From Lama guanicoe (taxonomy: Eukaryota), in NCBI GenBank assembly GCA_013239625.1, contig MU053934.1, forward strand, positions 8,391,352-8,455,351: a DNA stretch of 64,000 nt, given 5' to 3'. Positions 1 through 13,100 of the stretch are shown one piece after another. A model generated the notes under the pieces. It was not told the DNA's origin, made no database searches, and saw only the letters and a list, made by a program, of their open reading frames with translations. Position numbers and translations under genes: made by a program. How positions within the stretch are numbered: position 1 is the first letter of the stretch; every line of letters begins with the position of its first letter.

Positions 1-570
1 GCATTTAATTTCTTCATCCCCTCCCTTTCTTTTGTAGAGATGAATTTCCATGTTTCCCGATTGGCAAGGAGTGTTTCTAATAATTACAGTTCCCTAAAGC
101 TTCAAAGCTCAAAATTCTTGGCACTCATTTAATGAATACTTTGATTAAAAGATTTCCAACAGATTTTGAACACAATGTAACAAGAAATTAGAGGCCTCAT
201 TTACAAAAAGTTCAGTCTCACTCTGGGGCATTGGGTTGATGTACGAAGTGGCTCTTCAAGGGTCTGATTGACAGCAGCAAACACAGAAAGACATCCCGGG
301 AGCCTGAAGTCTGTTTTTGTATTCAGATACTAACTTTGCCACAAAAATTTGTGTAGCCCAATTTCTCTAACTATGTATATAAAAATATTTCTCAACAATG
401 ACAACTGCAGCCTCTACTTGATGGATAAAATATCACAGATTATTTGGGTGCGACTGAGAATAACATGTTCCCTGCAACCAATCCCAAGGACGTCGGTTTT
501 TTAATTTAGTGAAAACATGGCTTTTTCTCAGGACACTGTTATAAATTATCTCTGTTATTAAACTCTCTTC
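1..570 (-). mobile_element. Fossil hAT-Tip100 (Zaphod-like) DNA transposon; frameshifted transposase fragment running off the window edge
   Basis: Minus-strand translation across frameshifts gives VFTKLKN / DVLGIGCREHVILSRTQIICDILSIK (hAT CxxH motif) / EAAVVIVEKYFYIH / FVNEASNFLLHCVQNLLEIF / LLETLLANRETWKFISTKEREGMKKLN. These blocks are collinear with the Zaphod transposase as I recall it. Multiple stops. Confidence 0.8.
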
Positions 571-825
571 ATTTATCTGGATTGTGTCTTTGGTTTTCTG
601 TAAACCCAGGCTGACACCAGTCCCTTCAGAAAACAAGTAGGCATGAATTAGAAAGCCACAAATGGGCAAGGCTGGAGTCCTTCTCCTAAATCTCATGCAC
701 AAGTGCCATTGGAACCCTGTGGAAGACTGTTTACAGAGGTGATGTTTATAACAGGGGGGAGAAAAACTGGAAATAGTGCAAATGCTCATCCACCATAGGC
801 TGGAAAAATAAAGTAGAATCATGTC

Positions 826-1002
826 TAGTAATGATTCTCAACTTTTAACATACATCAGAGTCACCTGGAAAGGCTGACCCCACACCCAGAGTTTCTGATT
901 CAGGCAAGAGGTCTGGGATGGACCCAAGAATTTGCATTTCTCACAAGGTCTCAGGTGACACTGATACTGCTGCCCTGGGGACCGACTTTGAGAAATGTGC
1001 TG
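826..1002. mobile_element. MER5A-like hAT-Charlie MITE
   Basis: Typical blocks: catcagagtcacctgg, agagtttctgattcag, ccaagaatttgcatttctcacaag, actttgagaa. Confidence 0.85.
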
Positions 1003-1129
1003 CAGAGCAGTGAAAATCGACGAGCTCCTCCTACAGGGACGAGTCTTCCAAACATTGTTACGAGTGAAAGAAGACAAAGAGTACATACCATATAATCTCC
1101 TTGTATGAAGCCCAAAACCAGCAAAGACT

Positions 1130-1266
1130 GGGGGTGGGAAGGGCACAGCTCAGTGGTAGGGCACATGCTTAGCATGCTCAGGGTTGTGGGTTCAATCCCT
1201 CGTACCTCCATTAAAAAATAATAATAGTAAACATTTTTTAAAAAAATAAAAAACAAAAACAAAAAA
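1130..1266 (+). mobile_element. tRNA-Ala-derived SINE (Vic-1-like, camelid)
   Basis: A box agctcagtggta, anticodon-loop-like ttagcat, B box gggttcaatccc, then cctcca and an A-rich tail. Confidence 0.85.
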
Positions 1267-1574
1267 CCACCAGGAGAGGCTAAATTTTCTTTCTTAAGGG
1301 TAGATACTCGGTGATGAATGTACTAAGAAAAACAAGGCAGTTACTGCGACAGACTTCAGGATCGTGACGCCCTGGGGCAGGAGGAGGCTCTGTCAGGAGG
1401 AGGCGCATGCCTTGTCTTCTAGGTCCCAGGCAGCGGGGTGGTTCTCACCCAGGGCAGTAACCACACAGATGCGTCCTCTCACAGTCATTCAATAGAGGAC
1501 ACATCTGTGTTCTGTGTACTGGTCCAAGTGTGCATTATATTTCATGACACGAAAGTTTAAAATAGAGAAGAGAA

Positions 1575-1994
1575 CAGATGGCCAACAGGCACATGAAAAG
1601 ATCTCATTAATTGTCAGAGAAATGTAAATCAAAACTATAATAAGACATCACCTCACACCTGTCAGAATGGCCATCATTAAAAAGTCTACAAATGATAAAT
1701 GCTGTAGAGGATGTGGCGAAAGGGGAGCCCGCCTACACTGCTGGTGGGAATGTAAATTGGCACAGCCTCCATGGAGGACAGTATGGAGGTTCCTTAAAAA
1801 ATTGAAAATAGACTTACCATATGATCCAGCAATTCTACTCCTGGACATATATCCGGAGGAAAATATAATTCAAAAGACACATGCACCCAATGTTCACAGC
1901 AGCACTATTTACAATAGCCAAGACATGGAAACAGCCTAAATGTCCATCAGCCGATGATGGGATTAAGAGGCTGTGGTATATGTATATGTGGTGT

Positions 1995-2035
<41 letters not shown>

Positions 2036-2290
2036 GAAACACTACTCAGTCATAAAAAAGAATAAAATAATGCCATTTTCAGCAACATGCATGGACCTGG
2101 AGATCGTCATTCTAAGTGAAGTAAGCCAGAAAGAGAAAAATGCCATCTGATATCGCTTATATGTGGAATCTAAAAAAAAGGACACAAATAAACTTATCTA
2201 CAAAACAGAAACAGACTCACAGACATAGAGAACAAGTTTATGGTTACCAGTGGGTAAAGTGGGTGGGAAGGGATAAATTGGGAATTGGAA
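1575..2290 (+). mobile_element. L1 fragment: ORF2 C-terminus plus 3' UTR, degenerate, with an internal (CA)n
   Basis: ORF-track peptides [39 protein letters not shown] and PMFTAALFTIAKTWKQPKCPS are L1 ORF2 C-terminal motifs; frameshifted. Confidence 0.95.
1997..2033. repeat. (CA)n microsatellite
   Basis: Direct dinucleotide run. Confidence 0.99.
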
Positions 2291-2459
2291 AATTCCACCT
2301 CTCGAGGAGTGATGGAAATGTCAGCTATCTTGATTGTGGCAGTGGTTTCATTGGTGTAGACATCTGTCAAAATTCATCAAATTGTATATTTGAAATATGT
2401 GTAGTTGACTGTACAGGAACCACACCACAATAAAGGTGTTAAAAAAAAAAGAGAGAGGG

Positions 2460-3560
2460 AGAAAAGAACTTGGGCAGAGAGGAAGTTGGAAGAGGAAAAT
2501 TGGGTTGGAGGCAATGAGTGTGGACATGTCTTGAGCGAGTTTTGTTGTGAAAGGGGAGGAGAGAGTGGGCAGTTGTGGGGGTAGGAGAGGCAGTGGGGTC
2601 AAGAGATGCTTTGTAAGATGGGGAAATAGCATTCTGCCTGTCTGCTGATGTGACTGATCTGGGGTTGGGGGGAGAGATACTGATGAAGCAAGAGAAAGAT
2701 GGTAGAACGGCCAGAATGAGGATGTGCAGTTGGGAGGGGCTTCAGGAGGAGAAGTATCTGAGGCAGCGGGAGTCCATCTAAAGGCAGAGGTCCACCAGGA
2801 GCATGGGAAGTTTTCCACGGTCCCAGGAGAGAAGCAGAGCTGTGGGTGTGGGCAGGTGAGGTGGCAGGAGCTCCTGGAAGAGCTCCTCGTATTGCTTCTA
2901 TGTTCCTGGTGACGCAAGGAGTGTGTTTGTTTCCTTGGGTCACCATCATAAAGCACCACTGATGGGGTGGCTCAGACAACAGAAATGTATTGTTCTGGGG
3001 ACTGGAAGTCTGAGATCAAGGTGTCTGCAGGGTCGGTCCCTCGAGGCCTCTCTCCTCAGCTTGTACAGATGGCGTCTTCCCCCTGCGTGTGTCTGTGTTC
3101 TCATCTCCTCTTCCTATAAGGACCACCAGTCATCCTGGACACACCCATAGGACCTCATTAGCCTTAACCACCTCTCTGAAGACCCTTCTACCCAAAACAG
3201 TCAGATTCTGAGGGTAGGTGTTTCAACACATGAGTTTTAAGGGGACGCACTTCAGCCTGTAACAAGGAGGAAAGCCGTCAGCTAAGAGGGGTGACCAGGT
3301 GAGGAGGAGCTAGAGATCTGAGGAAGAGAAGCGGGTGCAGAACCGTTTTCTAGGATGCTCAGAGAATCCCATGGAGGGGCAGAGGGTGGTTGCTGCCCCG
3401 GGCTAAGGGCCCACTTGAGGATGGCCATCCTGATCAACTTCCCTCTCCTCTACATTCTTTCATTTAATCTGTTCTCCTCCATTTCCATCTTTCTGCTTGC
3501 AGAGTTATGGCAAAGAGGGAGAAGGCAGATACCATAGTTCCATCCAGGTGGGATAAAAAC
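2460..3560 (-). mobile_element. Old L2 fragment, split by the MLT1 LTR
   Basis: Purine-rich L2-like sequence on both sides of the LTR, including the L2 motif gggcccacttgagg near 3407. Confidence 0.55.
2922..3264 (-). mobile_element. MaLR solo LTR (MLT1A/B-like)
   Basis: TG...CA ends; perfect 5-bp TSD AGGAG (2917-2921, 3265-3269); MLT1 motif ctggaagtctgagatcaaggtgtc. Confidence 0.9.
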
Positions 3561-3979
3561 AGGATTTACTGGGGAATCTCACCAGCCCGGGGCCCGTAAG
3601 CAGAGACTCAGAGGGCCCGGCACTCCCGTAGCTCCAGAGGCGCTCCGCCAGCCCTGAGCGGGGCTGCTGGACCTGCCGTGACTTATATTTTAAGGGAGGC
3701 ATGACCCCTGTCTGCTTCTCTGTCTTGCAGTCAAACACAAGAAACCAGCACAGGTGCAAGGAATGCACTCTTGGGACCTCGGCAACAGGAAGCCCAGAGT
3801 AAACGCTGTCTAGACAAGGGACTGTCCTGGAATGCCAGCTGCTAGCCTTGGGGATGAAGTGCGGTGTTGGGTTTGTGCCACTCAGAGAAGGGGAGCCCCT
3901 GCTCCCAGGAGTATCTGTTGTAGACAACGCTAATGTCCAGAGTTGTTTGCTAGACAATCTTATTTGTCCTTCCATCTAA

Positions 3980-5330
3980 GATAAGCATTGAGCCTATAAA
4001 ATTCCCTCTAAATACTGCTTTAGCTGCATCCCTCAACTTTTGATATTCAGTAGTCTTGTCTTCATTCAGTTATTTTCCAAGTTTCATTATGGTTTAATCT
4101 TTGACCCATGAATTACATGGAAGTATATTCTTTATTTCCAAACTTGGATCTTTTCTAGTTACCTAGAGATTATTTATTCAAAATTAAAAACATTGTGATC
4201 AGAGAATGGTCCAGTTTGTAGTCCATTTTCATAAATGCCCATGTGTGTTTAAAAGGAACTGGTATTTTACAGCTGTCTTGTGCTGGAATACATATATATA
4301 TATATATATCCTTTAGGTTAAGTTTAGTGATTTTATTATTTAATTATATTCTATTTTTCCTAAATTTTAATTTGCTTAATATAACAATTTCTGAAAGAGG
4401 TATCCTAAAACTTCCCATCATCAGTGGATTTATCTTTTTGTAATTTTGTCAATTGTTGTTTTATATGTTTTGTTGCTTTATTATTAGGCATATACAAAAT
4501 TTTAATTGTTACATATCCCTGGTTAATAGATCTGTTTATCATTATGAATGGCACTTTTAATCTCTGGTAAAATGTTTTACATTAAAATCAATTGGTCTGG
4601 TCACAAATGAACTTATTTACAAAACAAACAGGCCCACAGACATAGGAAACAAACTAACAGTTACTGGGGAGAAAGGGGCGGGTGGAGGGATAAACTGGGA
4701 ATTCAGGATTTGCAGATACCAACTACTATATATAAAATAAACAACAAATTTCTACTGTATACTACAGGGAACTATATTCAATATCTTGGATAGTTTATAA
4801 TGAAAAGAATATGGAAACGAATAAATATGTGTAGTGAATCAGTATCTATACACTACAAATTAACACATTGTAGACCAACTATGCTTCAATAAAAATTTTT
4901 CAATCAATTGGTCTAGTATCAATGGCTATAGCTTTCTCTTAGTGAGTGGCATTCAATTTTTTTACGTCCTTATGTCTTAGGTCTATCTATTGTTAACACG
5001 TAGCTAGATTTTTTAATAACCCAATATGACAATCTTTACCTTTTAACTGCAGAGTTCACAAGCTCGCTTCATTTATATCTATTAACATTACAGTTCTGTT
5101 TGGATTCCTTTCTGCCAACACGTTAGGTGCTTTCGAATTGTCCCACCAATTCTGCCTTTTTCTATCCTACCCTGATTTCTTTTGGATTAAGTTCTTTGTC
5201 CTTTTTCCATTTCCCCCTTCTACTAATTTGGAAGTTATATTTCCTGTTTTTCCTTCCTTCAGTCATTACCCTAGTCATTTTAATAAGGAATCCTGAGAGT
5301 CGTCACAATCTTTTTTCATCACAAAACTTT
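3980..5330 (-). mobile_element. Ancient L1M ORF2-region remnant
   Basis: AT-rich; ctataaaattccctctaaatactgcttt...gctgcatcc is typical antisense L1M. Confidence 0.7.
4602..4901 (+). mobile_element. 5'-truncated L1 (3' UTR only) with TSD
   Basis: L1 3' UTR motifs; TSD aatcaattggtct(g/a)gt at 4586-4601 and 4902-4917. Confidence 0.92.
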
Positions 5331-5670
5331 TGCAAGAATATACGCAAGTGTATTGCCTTGGCCGTGGGGTTAGGAAGGAGCCCCTAAATGAGACACTAAA
5401 ACTCAAGCTACAGGGAAGGGATCGACCGATTCAGTTAGTCAAAATGTTACACTTCTTTGTACTCCCGCACACACACGTGCACACACAAATGACATGAAAC
5501 GAAGGCAAACCAAAGTGCAGATGAGAGAAGTAATCACATAAGTTATCACCAGCAAAGATTAGTATCCGGAATGTGGGGAGGATGTCCACCAACCAGTAAG
5601 AAAAAAAAAATCACTCAATAGAAAAATGAGGAAAGACTGTGAGGAGACAGTTCTTAGCAGAGGAAACCCA

Positions 5671-5972
5671 CTCACAGGCATAGAAAACAAACTTATGGTT
5701 ACTTGGGGGAAAGGGGCGGGTGGAGGGATAAACTGGGAGCTCAGGATTTGCAGATACACACTGCTATATATAAACTAGAGAAACAGCAAGGTCCTGCCGT
5801 ACAGCACAGGGAACTGTATTCAATACCTTGTAATAGCCAATAATGGAAAAGAATATGAAAAGGAATATATATGTGAGTTTATTTATGTATAACTGAATCA
5901 CTCTGCTGACTACACTGTACACCAGAAAGTAACACATTATAAACCAACCATACTTCAACTTTTTTAAAAAAA
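5671..5972 (+). mobile_element. 5'-truncated L1 (3' UTR only) nested in an older L1
   Basis: TSD aggaaaccca at 5661-5670 and 5973-5982; A tail. Confidence 0.92.
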
Positions 5973-6023
5973 AGGAAACCCAAAAGACCAGCAAACAGAT
6001 AAAAACATGTTCAACTTCACTAG

Positions 6024-6475
6024 TGTCGACAAAAACTAATCACTCCATCCAAGAAAGAAATGAAAATTTTTACTCAAGTCAAATTGAGGATTATAACCCA
6101 GGCACAGGGTCTCCAAAAGCTCTGAGAATGGCTCCGCCCATTAGAAGTCAAGATACAGTCACGTAAGGTTTCTGAGACGGAGGGCTGGATGTTAAATGAC
6201 ATACCATGGACAGTTTACAGTCCAATCTAAGCGTCACCATGGCCCCTTACAAGATCAGGAAGGAATGGTACCTTTGAAGGAGCTGCCTCGTCGATGCAGG
6301 GAGAACGTTGCTCTTTATGGCTGAGCAGGGATTTCTGCCGCTGGGGAGGTCTGCTCGATGCACCAGCCGGATACAGGGTGCACGGTGCGGGGAGAGGAGG
6401 CCAGAGGGCAGAGAAAAACGATTTTTATGTTTAAATTTTTCTTGTCTTGCCATGAAACGCGAACTTTCTTCCACA
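6024..6475 (-). mobile_element. ERV1-type solo LTR (MER34-like)
   Basis: TG...CA ends; 4-bp TSD ctag/ccag; AGTAAA near the 3' end on the - strand; interrupts an old L1; terminal motifs shared with the LTR at 61478. Confidence 0.8.
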
Positions 6476-6842
6476 CCAGCAGTCCAGCAAGTGGACGTTA
6501 AGTCCACACCGGACCTCCACGTCCCCATGCCGTCTCCATGTGCCCCCGTGTGGGCTGCTTGTCAATGCTTCTGCCTTTATCTGTTTCACACGAACGTAGA
6601 TGAAAGAGTCAAGTCATTGTACAATTACTCCTTACCAAACACAGCAATCCTCGCCCCTGCCACAGTCCTGCTTCCCCAAGACATGGATTCCTGCCTGCTT
6701 CTTTTTTCACATTTACCTTTAAATCTGTAAATGGGACCTTATGTCATCACTGATCACTTAGATTTAGGCATTATCTGTCAACGTCCCGGCACCAGAGGCG
6801 ACGATTTAGTTTCCTGTCATGGCTGCAAACCCCACACAACCT

Positions 6843-6892
6843 CCTCTCTCTCTCCCCCTCTCTCTCTGTCTCACACACACACACACACACTC
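6843..6892. repeat. Compound (CT)n(CA)n microsatellite
   Basis: Direct. Confidence 0.95.
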
Positions 6893-7469
6893 TTCCTCTG
6901 CCCGTCCCGAGACGTCCACGTTGCAACTGGGGTTAGGTCAATATGCACATGCCCATCTTCCTTCCTGCATCCCAGATCTTATTTCTACTGTTTCTTCTAT
7001 TCTCTTTGTCCTTGGATTAATGTCTTCTACAAATCCACATTTTTTACAGTTATGCGAGTGGGTTTAAATAAGAAGGGTAATAAACAGTGTATGTTTCAGA
7101 GACCACCTTCAGCATCCTGATTTCCACCCTAATGTCTTCATTTTTTTTGTCTTGTTTACTCTAGGCACAATGTTTCCATCATCCTAAAACACATACTTTT
7201 TCAAAGTATAAATGTTTTTGAAGAGAGTGAATGCATCTTATAATTGGTGTCGAAGACCCGGCCCATCCCCAGAACTGAGGGGGTCCTGGGAGGTGGGACT
7301 TTGCATTGGAAAACGCGATGAGTCCGTCCTCCTGCTCAGGAGGGACCTGGCAGCTGGCACCCGAGCTGTGACCTCAGCCAGTCCTCGTCACCCAGTTCAT
7401 CTGTAGCGTCACAAGCACTTGAATTTGAACCTGAGTGTGCACACTCAGTTTCTCTTTATTCTTTTTTTT

Positions 7470-7660
7470 AATAAGTGAAAGTAAAACCCTTCTGTTTTAA
7501 ACTCTGCCTCCTTCTATTTCTCTCAATACTCTGGCCACCAAATGTGTGGAGTTTTTTCTCCACACCAAACATTTCTCCAATTCTCTCCAAATACTGGCTG
7601 GGTACCCCATAAGAGAACCCAATTCGGATGCTCCTACCCGGAGACTGCACAGGTTAAGGG
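7470..7660. mobile_element. MER21-like LTR fragment
   Basis: aagtgaaagtaaaacccttctg...caccaaatgtgtgg...ccacaccaa...cacaggttaaggg. Confidence 0.7.
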
Positions 7661-8199
7661 ATTTGATGTGTTAATACGAAGAATCCAAAGCAGGACCTGT
7701 GATGGAGAGCCTTCCTGGGCAGAGAAGAGAGCAGTTTCTCGCTTCAGAACAGCCACTCAGGCTGCTGATAAGAAAGGGCTTTGGAGGAATTTGAGCATGT
7801 TCCAGAGGATGCGGTCGGATGGTCCAGCCAAGGGTTGGGGCTCGGACCAAGGGGAGCCATGAGGATGCAGGGAGAGGGTCAGACTCCAAATTATTCGAAG
7901 AGGTAAAGTCTCCAATATTTGACACTGAACGAGGAAAAGGAGACCAGGGAGAGGGAACGTTCAGTCTGCCTCCCAGACCGAACGGCTGAGTGGGCGTCAG
8001 TGCTGGCCGTGGAGGCTGGCGCGCTGGCCAAGACCGGACTCGGGAGCCGCCGCCTCCGGTCCTGAGGCTGGGGCCGGGCCGTGACTCCTGAAGGGCAGGG
8101 CTCGATGGAAGGAGAAAAGGGGGGCAGATCCCTGCCCCAACAACCTAGGGACTTGCCTTCTCTAGAGCATCTTTTTAAAAGCAATTAAAGCAAAGGCAA

Positions 8200-8525
8200 C
8201 ACTTTAAAAAACAAGCAACCCAATCAAAAAATGGGCAGAAGACCTAAATAAACGTCTCTCCAAAGAAGACGTCCAGACAGCCAACAAGCTCGTGAAAATC
8301 TGCTCAACATCACTAATTTTCAGAGAAATGCAAATCAAAGCCTCAACGAGGCATCACCTCGCACCAGTCAGAATGACCATCATTCAAAAGTCCACAAATA
8401 ATAAATGCTGGAGAGGGTGTGGAGGAAAGGGAGCCCTCCTGCGCTGTTCGGATGGCGGTTCCTTAAGAACCTCAAAGTAAACTTGTCATATGACCCAGCA
8501 CTCCCACTCCCGGGCATGTATCTGT
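8200..8525 (+). mobile_element. L1 ORF2 3' fragment
   Basis: aaaaatgggcagaagacctaaat; peptide [37 protein letters not shown]. Confidence 0.92.
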
Positions 8526-8959
8526 GCAGGAGGCAGCAGCAAGTAGACCCCTAGCCCACTTCTTTCTTGAGCTCAGGGAATATTCTGGAAATATTTTTGG
8601 CAGCTTGTGGATTTAACCTTTTAAATGTGTCCAGTCCTCAAGTCCTTTTTCCAGCCGTTCTCCGGATGGTTTATCTCTTTAAGGCAGCGGTGACTTTTCT
8701 GTCCTGAAATGACAGATCCAGAGTCTTCAGGATACCAAACAGATCCTCCAGATGCTTGAGGGAGCCACTTGACATCCTAGGAATGGCATCTGCTTGCTAT
8801 ATTCATGTCAAGAAGTAGTCTTATCTCTGCTCACATCTCAAAGCTCCCGCACGCAATTAATTCATGCGATGCCAGCCCAGCAGCTGTGGTTGGTCACACT
8901 GATCATCTGTGATTTCTCCTTCGATAGGGAGGCAGGGTCAGGACACGGCTGGACTGTGA

Positions 8960-9355
8960 TAACCACAAATTTGTTTTCTGTGTCTGTGAGCCTGTTTCTG
9001 TTTTATAAATAAGGTCATCTGTATCATTTTTTTAAGATTCCAGGTGTAAGCGATAACGTGATATTTGTCTTTCTCTGTCTGACTTACTTCACTTAGTATG
9101 ATCATCTCTACGTCCATCCATGTTGCTGCAAATGGCATTATTTTATTCTTTTATGGCTGAGTAGTATTCCATTTGAAAAAAAATATAGAGAGAGCATCTT
9201 CTTTATCCAACCATATGTCCATGGACATCTAGGTTGCTTCCATGTCTTGCCTATTGTAAATAGTGCTGCTAAGAACATTGGGGTGCATATATCTTTTAGA
9301 ATTAGAGTTTGTTCTGGATGTATGTCCAGGAGTGGGATTGCTGGATCCTATGGCA
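8960..9355 (-). mobile_element. L1 ORF2 end / 3' UTR fragment
   Basis: Minus peptide MPFAATWMDVEMIILSEVSQTEKDKYH is the L1 ORF2 terminus. Confidence 0.93.
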
Positions 9356-9749
9356 AAGAGTTATTTTAATACAGCTAGCATGTTTGAGTGCCATAAACAC
9401 ATCAAAATGAATCACTCTGCTCTCTCCTTCAACAAATATTACCTTGATGGAATCCCTGCTCCTCCCTCCCCACCCCTGTAGACACACACACACACACACC
9501 CTAAATTTGAGTCCCAGCTCTGCCACTGATGAGCTGCTTAACTGTAGACAGGACATCTCTCCTTCTGACCTGCTTCCTTCTCTGTAAGATGGGAGGTTCC
9601 AACTAGACTGCCCCTAAATCAAATTTCCTAATCCAGCCCAACAAGATCATTCAGTTTCAACCGAGTACACCATCCTCCTGATGCTTTCATGCCTCTGCCA
9701 TGATCCTCACCCGCCAGACACCCTTACTTCACTTGGCAAACTTTCCATG

Positions 9750-10150
9750 TCCATTTCGGGTTGTTATTGAAGTGTCATTTACATGCAGTAAAGAGCATAG
9801 ATTGTTAAGTGCAATTCACATTAACAACACGCCCCCAGTAAGCCAAAGCCCTGCTAAAAGACAGGCTGTTTCTGTCACCTCAGAATGTCCTTTCGTGCTC
9901 CTGGTCACCCAGAGGTGACCACCATCCTGACCTCCATCCCCAAAGGTAAGCTTGCCCGCCCCGGAACTCCCTGTAATGGAATCATTTGTTTTGGTCTTCG
10001 GTGCCTGGGTTCTCTTGCTTAGACAGGAGGTTGCAGACCCACGTTGTGCGTGTCACCAGTTCCCCCGTTCTATTGCTGAGAACCGCTGCGTGACTGAACA
10101 GGTCACAACCCACCTGGCCCTCTGCCCGTCTCGGGAACTTCCTATGCCAG
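9750..10150 (-). mobile_element. Ancient L1ME-type 3' remnant
   Basis: ttattgaagtgtcatttacatgcagtaaa...gtaatggaatcat, typical antisense L1ME. Confidence 0.65.
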
Positions 10151-13100
10151 GCATCACGGTGGCTGCGCTGTTGACAGTCAGGGTTCCTTCCTTTTCCTTT
10201 CAAAGCCATGAGGTTTTGCTCTGGACGGGGCTTCTCCTCGATTCTCTCGAATCTTGAGGCTTTCTCAGAAAGGGTCTGGAGTCATCCTCACCGAAGGACC
10301 AAGGTGCTGCCTTCCTGCCGCCTCACTGAATGAATGCCTGGTGGTTGGGATGCCCATGGGTGCCCACACCGTGCCCCCAGTACCCGGCTGTGATTCTCTG
10401 CTGGGCCTCGGGGAATCCTGCCCTGCCCGGCCCCCTGGGTGTTCGCCCAAAGACACAAAGGACCCTGTGCGGACATCTGGGGGGTCCTTTTCTAAACTCG
10501 GCCTCTCCTTAGGAGCCCACTCTGTGCGTCCCAGCCTCCTCAGCAACCCCAAATCCTAAGGTTTCTTTCTTTTACACAAGACCCTGCTCTTTGTTTGGAT
10601 TCTACTTTCTGGGCCAGTTTGGAAAGTGTCCATTTCTCGAGGAAATGTTCTCAAACAGCCTGAAGCACAAGTTTTCACTCCCCTTTACGCTCCCAAGGCA
10701 TCTGGAGAATGCTGGTCAGGTACGTGCTGTACAGAGAGAAACTCGTGTTTGCAAACCTGTCCCTCCGCTAGGCCCACGTGAGCTGTTGGGTCCCTCGGGA
10801 ACAAGCCAGGTGTGGGGGGTGGCCCGGCCCCGTCTACAGGGTCCGCCCAGGTGCTTGTGAGAAGGTGTACGTCTCCGCTTGCTCTGACTCTCCAAGTGAA
10901 GAAGGCCTCGGCCTCTGGGAGGAAGATCAGAATTTCCACATCTAGAGAGAGCGAGCTGAGGTCTGTCTGGCTCTGGTGCTGAGCGTCTGCTCTGGGGTTA
11001 AGGGTCCGGGACTGAGCCTGGCATTTCACTCTGGGCCATTCTCAAGGAGAGGGTGAGCCTGATGAATGGTATCTGCTGTAGACGTTCCAAGAATGTTTGT
11101 TGAATAAATAAATGACCTGCACTGCTACATGGCCCAGCCCAGGCAGCCCACCCCTCCCTGTGGCAGCTGCCTCCCCATCACCAGGGAAGGGACGGGCTCA
11201 GAGCTGCCTATAGGGTCTCTGAGGCCCTCTCCCCCGACCCCCGAGCTGGTCCTAGCTCGGACCTCATTGCATACAAGCACTTGAGCAGGTGGGCTCCCAG
11301 CCTGGGTCTTTTCCCATCCTCTGTTCTCCACGGAGCAGCCAGCGTCATCCTTCAAAAACACAACTTGACCACATCATGACCCTGCTTCCGGGTCTTCGGT
11401 GACAGCACAGTGGTGAGCTCGACTGGCTCACGGCCCCTCTGACCTCGTCTTCTCTCTGGCCACTGCCCCCACACCCCTTGGACCTCACTGTGTATCATCG
11501 GGGAGGGTCTCACAAACTCTGGCCTGCAGGCTTCCCTCCCACACCCCTCCCTCCCTGCAGAGCTCCCTGAAGGATCTCACGAGGTCCCAGGACACTGAGA
11601 CAGGGGTGTCCTGTGGGCAGATGGGCACGGGTCCCCATCCCTGCCAGTGCCCCCACGATGGGCCCCGGGTGCTGGCCGAGGTGAAGGCTGACCCCTTGGA
11701 GATGCTGGCTCTGCACTTCCCACGTGACCCCACGCCTGTCTGCATCATCCCATCCGCCTCGAGGACCACATCTCACCACCCTCCCTTGACGCCTCTCAGC
11801 ACAGGGGGCCCCTCTGGTCCTGCTCGGGGTGCGGGAGTGGGTCTCCCCTTTCCCTCACTTCTCTTTTCAGCCCATTGCTAGAAACCACCTGTCCGGCTAC
11901 GCCTCGGGGCCATCTGTCTTAGGAACCCAGCAGAAGTTTGGAGGAGTCAGAAAGCTCGACCACAAAGTGAGACATCTCAGGTGTCCTCTGACAGCTTTTA
12001 CCTGAGACGCTCTGGACCCACACCGCCTCCAGCTCTGCACATGTTCCCGTGTTCTCCTGGCCAGTTGGTGAGCTCCTATTCAGTCTTCAAAGCCAGCTCC
12101 CATGTTCCTCCCAACAGCCAGCCCCGCTACCCTCCTCGGTGCCTCCCTGCTCCACGGACGGCATGCCTGGTGCAGCCCTGTGATGGCTGGTGGATGCAGA
12201 TGGCTCCCCACTGGGCTGTGGCCTCCTTGAGGTCAAGGACCACACCCATGACCTCCATGTCCCCCGGCCCAGAGCCGGCTCACACCCCTGCCCATGTAGA
12301 ACTTCACAGACCCCGAAGCCTCCCTTTATCCTCCCAGCACCCTCCCCAGAAGAAGGGGCACCACCCCCACCCCTGGGGGAATCGCGGTGTGGCAGGGCCC
12401 TCAGCCCCGCCGCTGGGCAGGAGATGGGTAGAGCTGGGACTCCAACCAGATTTGATCGATTCCAAAGACGAGGCACGTCCTACAAACCCAGCGTCCCAAG
12501 GAAACATCTGCCAAACTGTTTGCTGAATCATTTTCTAAATTGCTTCTCTCTCTGAAGAGTAAAAGCTTCTGCTGCAAAGACGTTGATCTGAAACAGTAGT
12601 CAGGGGCCGTCAGCCTGGACCAGCCCATTCTAGGCTTATTCTGTGTGGTTCTTACCCGCTCGTATGATGATATCATGGAGTGCCCCCCCCCTGGAAAGGT
12701 GTGACCCTGACTCACAGCCATGCATCCCCCCTCGGCTCAGTCTTAGCAGCAGAGAGCGTTGATGCTGGAATCAGACAGACCCAGAACCCCCAGCCTGGCC
12801 CAGCCTCCTTCTGGCAGCGTGACCTCAGGGTCCTTTCTGATGGATGTTGACACAAAGCCCCCAGGGCCCTTGTGATCCTGGTTGGTAATATACGTCCAGC
12901 ACCAGTAGGTACTCAATTGTGAAAACTTGGTCCAATGCAGGGAGCGCGTGATTCACCACCCAGACCCTCCCTTCAAGGGCAAGGCGTTCCCTCCTCTGGC
13001 TGCGGGGCTCCCAGCTGCATCCATCCCGAGAATGGACTTGGCTGAAGGGAGCCTCCGCACCCAAGGTCACCCCACCCCAGGGGAAGCCTGCACCCCTCGA

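Noticed and set aside
433..822. 129-aa minus ORF as a gene
   Set aside because: Chance ORF spanning an L1 remnant and part of the frameshifted hAT fossil
1667..2433. ORFs with real protein similarity
   Set aside because: Broken L1 ORF2 C-terminus, not host genes
3503..3845. Two-exon mini-ORF (ATG 3507, donor 3596, acceptor 3730)
   Set aside because: The first exon lies in L2-like sequence and I do not recognise the peptide
12664..12710. C/D-box snoRNA-like ATGATGA...CTGA
   Set aside because: Too short, no terminal stem, no recognisable guide
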